The position numbers and the translations under genes were made by a program. Below, piece after piece: positions 61,081 through 64,000 of a DNA stretch of 64,000 nt. A model generated the notes under the pieces. It was given only the letters and a program-made list of their open reading frames with translations, searched no databases and had not been told where the DNA came from. Source of the DNA: an uncultured Bacteroidota bacterium (lineage in GTDB: Bacteria; Bacteroidota; Ignavibacteria; UBA10030; UBA6906). The DNA is taken from positions 64,001 to 128,000 of the forward strand of contig CAVOYH010000003.1 in NCBI GenBank assembly GCA_963700635.1, read 5' to 3'. Position 1 is the first letter of the stretch. Each line of letters opens with the position of its first letter.

Positions 61081-63434
61081 TCCTTTGCTTCAGTAAGTTT
61101 TTTCAGTTCGCGGACTTTCTCATAAAACTCAGCCAGACCCATTTCCTTGAGGAAGATCATTCCCCGTGCCGCCCGCATACGTGGATGGGAATGTTTCTGG
61201 AAGAAATCGTGACCCAGACAACTCTTCAGCATGTCATACTGCCCCACCTGAATCTGCTGCGCCAGCTCCGAGAACGGGCCGTCATGTTCATAACTCGGGA
61301 ATGAGGCCGCGCTCTGTGAACCGAAACAATTCATAAAGGCAGTGTGCAGCAGCGAGAGGGAATTCAGAGAGACGGGAACCATAAGATCTGTTTCTGACGG
61401 ACGGAAACGATACCACACGTTCCTGTATCCCCAGACCCTCATCGATGTGTCGCCGCTCTCTTTCTCGTACATGCGGAGGCCCTCGGCGACTGCCTGGAGC
61501 GCCTTGTAGTGCGTGTCCGGACCGCTTCCTTCCGGATCAAAGGCGACCGAGAGCACGTTTGGTTTGACTTTCTTAATCAACTGGTAAATAGGGAGAACAT
61601 CCCGGTCCATTTCGGGTTCCTCGGAAAAAATATCTCCTTTGTAGAACCCCAGCCGCAGGGCAGAAATGGCAGACGTGTCAATCCCGAAGTATGCCCAGAG
61701 CAGTTCCACTTCCCATTCCCTGATGGTGCCCTTGAACAACTGAATATCGGGTGGGTCTTTCGCACCCGGATACTGCGTCAGGAAGTACTCCTCCAGTTCT
61801 CTCACCCGTAACCGCAGCACCCGCAGATCACTGGTTTTGTACACTTCTATCAGGTTGCGCAGCATCCGCCGTGCTTCCCCCTCCTCCTTTTTCTCGTCAC
61901 TCTTCCCTGCGACGCCATCAAGGTAGAGGTACACATCTTCCATTCTGCGTGCACTGTTTTTTGGATCGAAGTATCCGTCCTTAAGCAGTTTCGGGAATGC
62001 GCTGCCTCCAAGGTATGTCTGGAGATTCCGGATGATGGAGAGACAAAATGGATTTGCGACCGCGGTGAAGCCCGACGTCAGATTGGCGAAGTAGTGCTTG
62101 TTGCTGGGATCCCGCACAAGATGGTAGATGTGTGCAAGATAGCCGAGCATGATATCATCATGATGTGGTTCGGTGTGGAGGAAAACGGTCCGGGTGACAG
62201 GAGCAAGACCCCAGTCAATTTTCTGGTTCAGCCGTTCCACCACCCCCTGCGTCAGATCCCGGATCGGAAGGCCCGTTTTCTTGAGGAGTTCAATCGCAAA
62301 ACGATCCCGGGCCACATCCTCCTGCTGCAGGGTTGTAAGTTGTTTTCCGCTTTCCAGCGAAAGCTGGATGATGACATCGTCGATATCCGGTTCGGTGATG
62401 GCCGATTTGTTGACAAAATGCTCGAACCGTCGTTCCACAAGCTGGTTCGCCGCCCCCCTGGTGAGGTACATCCTCCCCCCCTCGAGCCCCTGTAACACCG
62501 ATGCCGGATACTGCGGACTACGTTTCTGCTGAATGGCTGATGCCACAATGGACGCCTTGGCGTCTCCCGCCGCGATAATGATTACCGTGGCTGTCGGGTT
62601 GTACGTTATCGACGCCAGTCCGATGGTGATCACAAGACGGCTGCGCGACACTTCGATCCCGCCGAGGTCCGTCGCAGCCGCGGCCTGTGTTTCGTAATTT
62701 GTCCCTGTCAGGCGTGTGACGGAATAGACGCTGGACCCCCGGACATTAAAAGCGATGTGTCCGTCCGGACCGATCCCGCCGAGGAAGAATCCGATCCCGC
62801 CCATCTCGCGGATCCGGCTTTCGTATTCCATGCAGAACTCGTCCACACGGTTGATCACTTCCTTCTGCAGCCGTTCCAAATCGGTTCTGGTTTGACGCAC
62901 CCGGAGGGAGAGATCCACGACATTGTTCGAAAAGACCTCCTGCATCGTGACACCCGGCGGGACGCCCAGACTGGTCGCATCAATCAACAACGCGTTCTCC
63001 GCACGGAGGCCGAATCCCTTCAAATACAGCTCGTTGACGTACCAGTGAAAGCTGTTCTGCTGGGTGGCATCCATGGGGTAAAACTCATCAATCTGAACAA
63101 ACGAAAGACTCTGCATGTCCGGACGCCGGGAGGAATCGATGCCATAGGCTGTACACTGTGTGCGAATCTCGGGAGTGTCCCAGCGCTCCAGAATTCTGGT
63201 CACCCACCTGATAAAATGTTCCGGCGTTTTACCGGTCGGCAGGGAGATCACACCGCCGGGATTCTTCAGAACCCACTCGATGAACCGGAACGCGGTGAGC
63301 TTGCCCAGCAGGGGGAAGTTGTCCACCTCGATAACCCTGATCTTTTCGGTCGGCGGATAGAGGAATGCACGACCACTCTTCTGCAGCTCGTACGTTTCTA
63401 CGGAAGAGGAGATGTTATATGTCCGTTGTGCCAT
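61077..63434 (-). CDS. nagB: Glucosamine-6-phosphate deaminase (NagB-like) fused to a PIG-L/LmbE deacetylase-like domain
   Basis: 'SLPTGKTP', 'IDEFYP', 'GGIGPDGHIAFN', 'ITIGLASI'; C-terminal 'EPHHDD', 'SGFTAV', 'GPDTH'. Start at MAQRTY. Confidence 0.85.
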   Translation of the reverse strand: MAQRTYNISSSVETYELQKSGRAFLYPPTEKIRVIEVDNFPLLGKLTAFRFIEWVLKNPGGVISLPTGKTPEHFIRWVTRILERWDTPEIRTQCTAYGIDSSRRPDMQSLSFVQIDEFYPMDATQQNSFHWYVNELYLKGFGLRAENALLIDATSLGVPPGVTMQEVFSNNVVDLSLRVRQTRTDLERLQKEVINRVDEFCMEYESRIREMGGIGFFLGGIGPDGHIAFNVRGSSVYSVTRLTGTNYETQAAAATDLGGIEVSRSRLVITIGLASITYNPTATVIIIAAGDAKASIVASAIQQKRSPQYPASVLQGLEGGRMYLTRGAANQLVERRFEHFVNKSAITEPDIDDVIIQLSLESGKQLTTLQQEDVARDRFAIELLKKTGLPIRDLTQGVVERLNQKIDWGLAPVTRTVFLHTEPHHDDIMLGYLAHIYHLVRDPSNKHYFANLTSGFTAVANPFCLSIIRNLQTYLGGSAFPKLLKDGYFDPKNSARRMEDVYLYLDGVAGKSDEKKEEGEARRMLRNLIEVYKTSDLRVLRLRVRELEEYFLTQYPGAKDPPDIQLFKGTIREWEVELLWAYFGIDTSAISALRLGFYKGDIFSEEPEMDRDVLPIYQLIKKVKPNVLSVAFDPEGSGPDTHYKALQAVAEGLRMYEKESGDTSMRVWGYRNVWYRFRPSETDLMVPVSLNSLSLLHTAFMNCFGSQSAASFPSYEHDGPFSELAQQIQVGQYDMLKSCLGHDFFQKHSHPRMRAARGMIFLKEMGLAEFYEKVRELKKLTEAKE

Positions 63435-63447
63435 AGGTATCCAGACG

Positions 63448-64000
63448 TCAGTGAGATGTGCCGAGTTTGTAATCAAGCGGAAGCCGGGACAGCCACGGCC
63501 GGAGAAAAGCCGGCACCACTTCATCGTGGCCGACCGCTGCGGGAACTGCCCGGAAACGACGGGCAACCGCACCGGAGAGGGCGCCGGCGAAAGATGTGTG
63601 CTCCTCCTTTAGGTGATCGGTATATGCCGCATCGATGACCCCGGATCCCGATTCAAGCCAGGTACGGTAGTAGTCGAAATTCGCGTAGAAGGCATCAAAG
63701 AGAAAGAGATGCGTGATCACATCGTTCATCATCCCACGGTCGATACAGGTGGCCACCGGCCGGTATCCGCCGCTGTGAGCAGAGAGCACCATATGCGCCA
63801 CGCGCGTGTCGGTTATGACATTTTCCTTTTGCATTGTCCGGACCACATCCTCAACAAACCGCTTCAGGCCGCCGGCATCTTCCATTTTTCCGCCGAAGGA
63901 ATCCCGCGCCCGGTAAGGACCCTGCGGCAACACCAGAATTGCGTTGATCTTCTCATCCACCATCGCCTGAGACATACCGTACCGTTCAAGGACTCCCAAA
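63448..64000 (-). CDS. 3' part of an alpha/beta-hydrolase-fold protein, truncated by the window edge
   Basis: 'LSAHSGGY', 'LFDAFY', 'GHDEV'. Confidence 0.65.
   Translation of the reverse strand, partial: LGVLERYGMSQAMVDEKINAILVLPQGPYRARDSFGGKMEDAGGLKRFVEDVVRTMQKENVITDTRVAHMVLSAHSGGYRPVATCIDRGMMNDVITHLFLFDAFYANFDYYRTWLESGSGVIDAAYTDHLKEEHTSFAGALSGAVARRFRAVPAAVGHDEVVPAFLRPWLSRLPLDYKLGTSH

Overview
GC-rich bacterial chromosomal segment, most likely from an FCB-group organism (Ignavibacteria/Bacteroidota-like). This rests on five proteins with the T9SS-type C-terminal 'QNYPNPFNP' sorting domain together with canonical TTGACA/TATA-type sigma70 promoters. Left to right: the start of recC; SpoIID/LytB; a decayed GH9 joined to a class A beta-lactamase-like remnant; a module of secreted TPR-CHAT protease, ECF sigma and membrane anti-sigma, with a shared candidate promoter motif that also precedes an AraC/lipoprotein-hydrolase/T9SS-protein unit; heparinase II/III-like and GH97 enzymes; a cytochrome P460-like lipoprotein; a stand-alone MtaB-type methanol:corrinoid methyltransferase; katA/oxyR; a nine-gene unassigned amino-sugar-like catabolic cluster; a class IIC group II intron inserted just after an intrinsic terminator; tRNA-Phe(GAA); an Omp85-family/HD pair; and a ~16 kb peptidoglycan-scavenging locus (NagZ-AmiE fusion, MurK, NamZ, DUF4922, GT2, AmpG, secreted amidase, NagB-deacetylase fusion). 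Several genes are broken by mostly single-base insertions that look like consensus errors. No CRISPR array was seen. The best candidates for under-described systems are the CHAT/ECF/anti-sigma proteolytic signalling module and the DUF4922+GT2 pair inside the murein-salvage locus. All family calls come from motif recognition by eye, not database searches.
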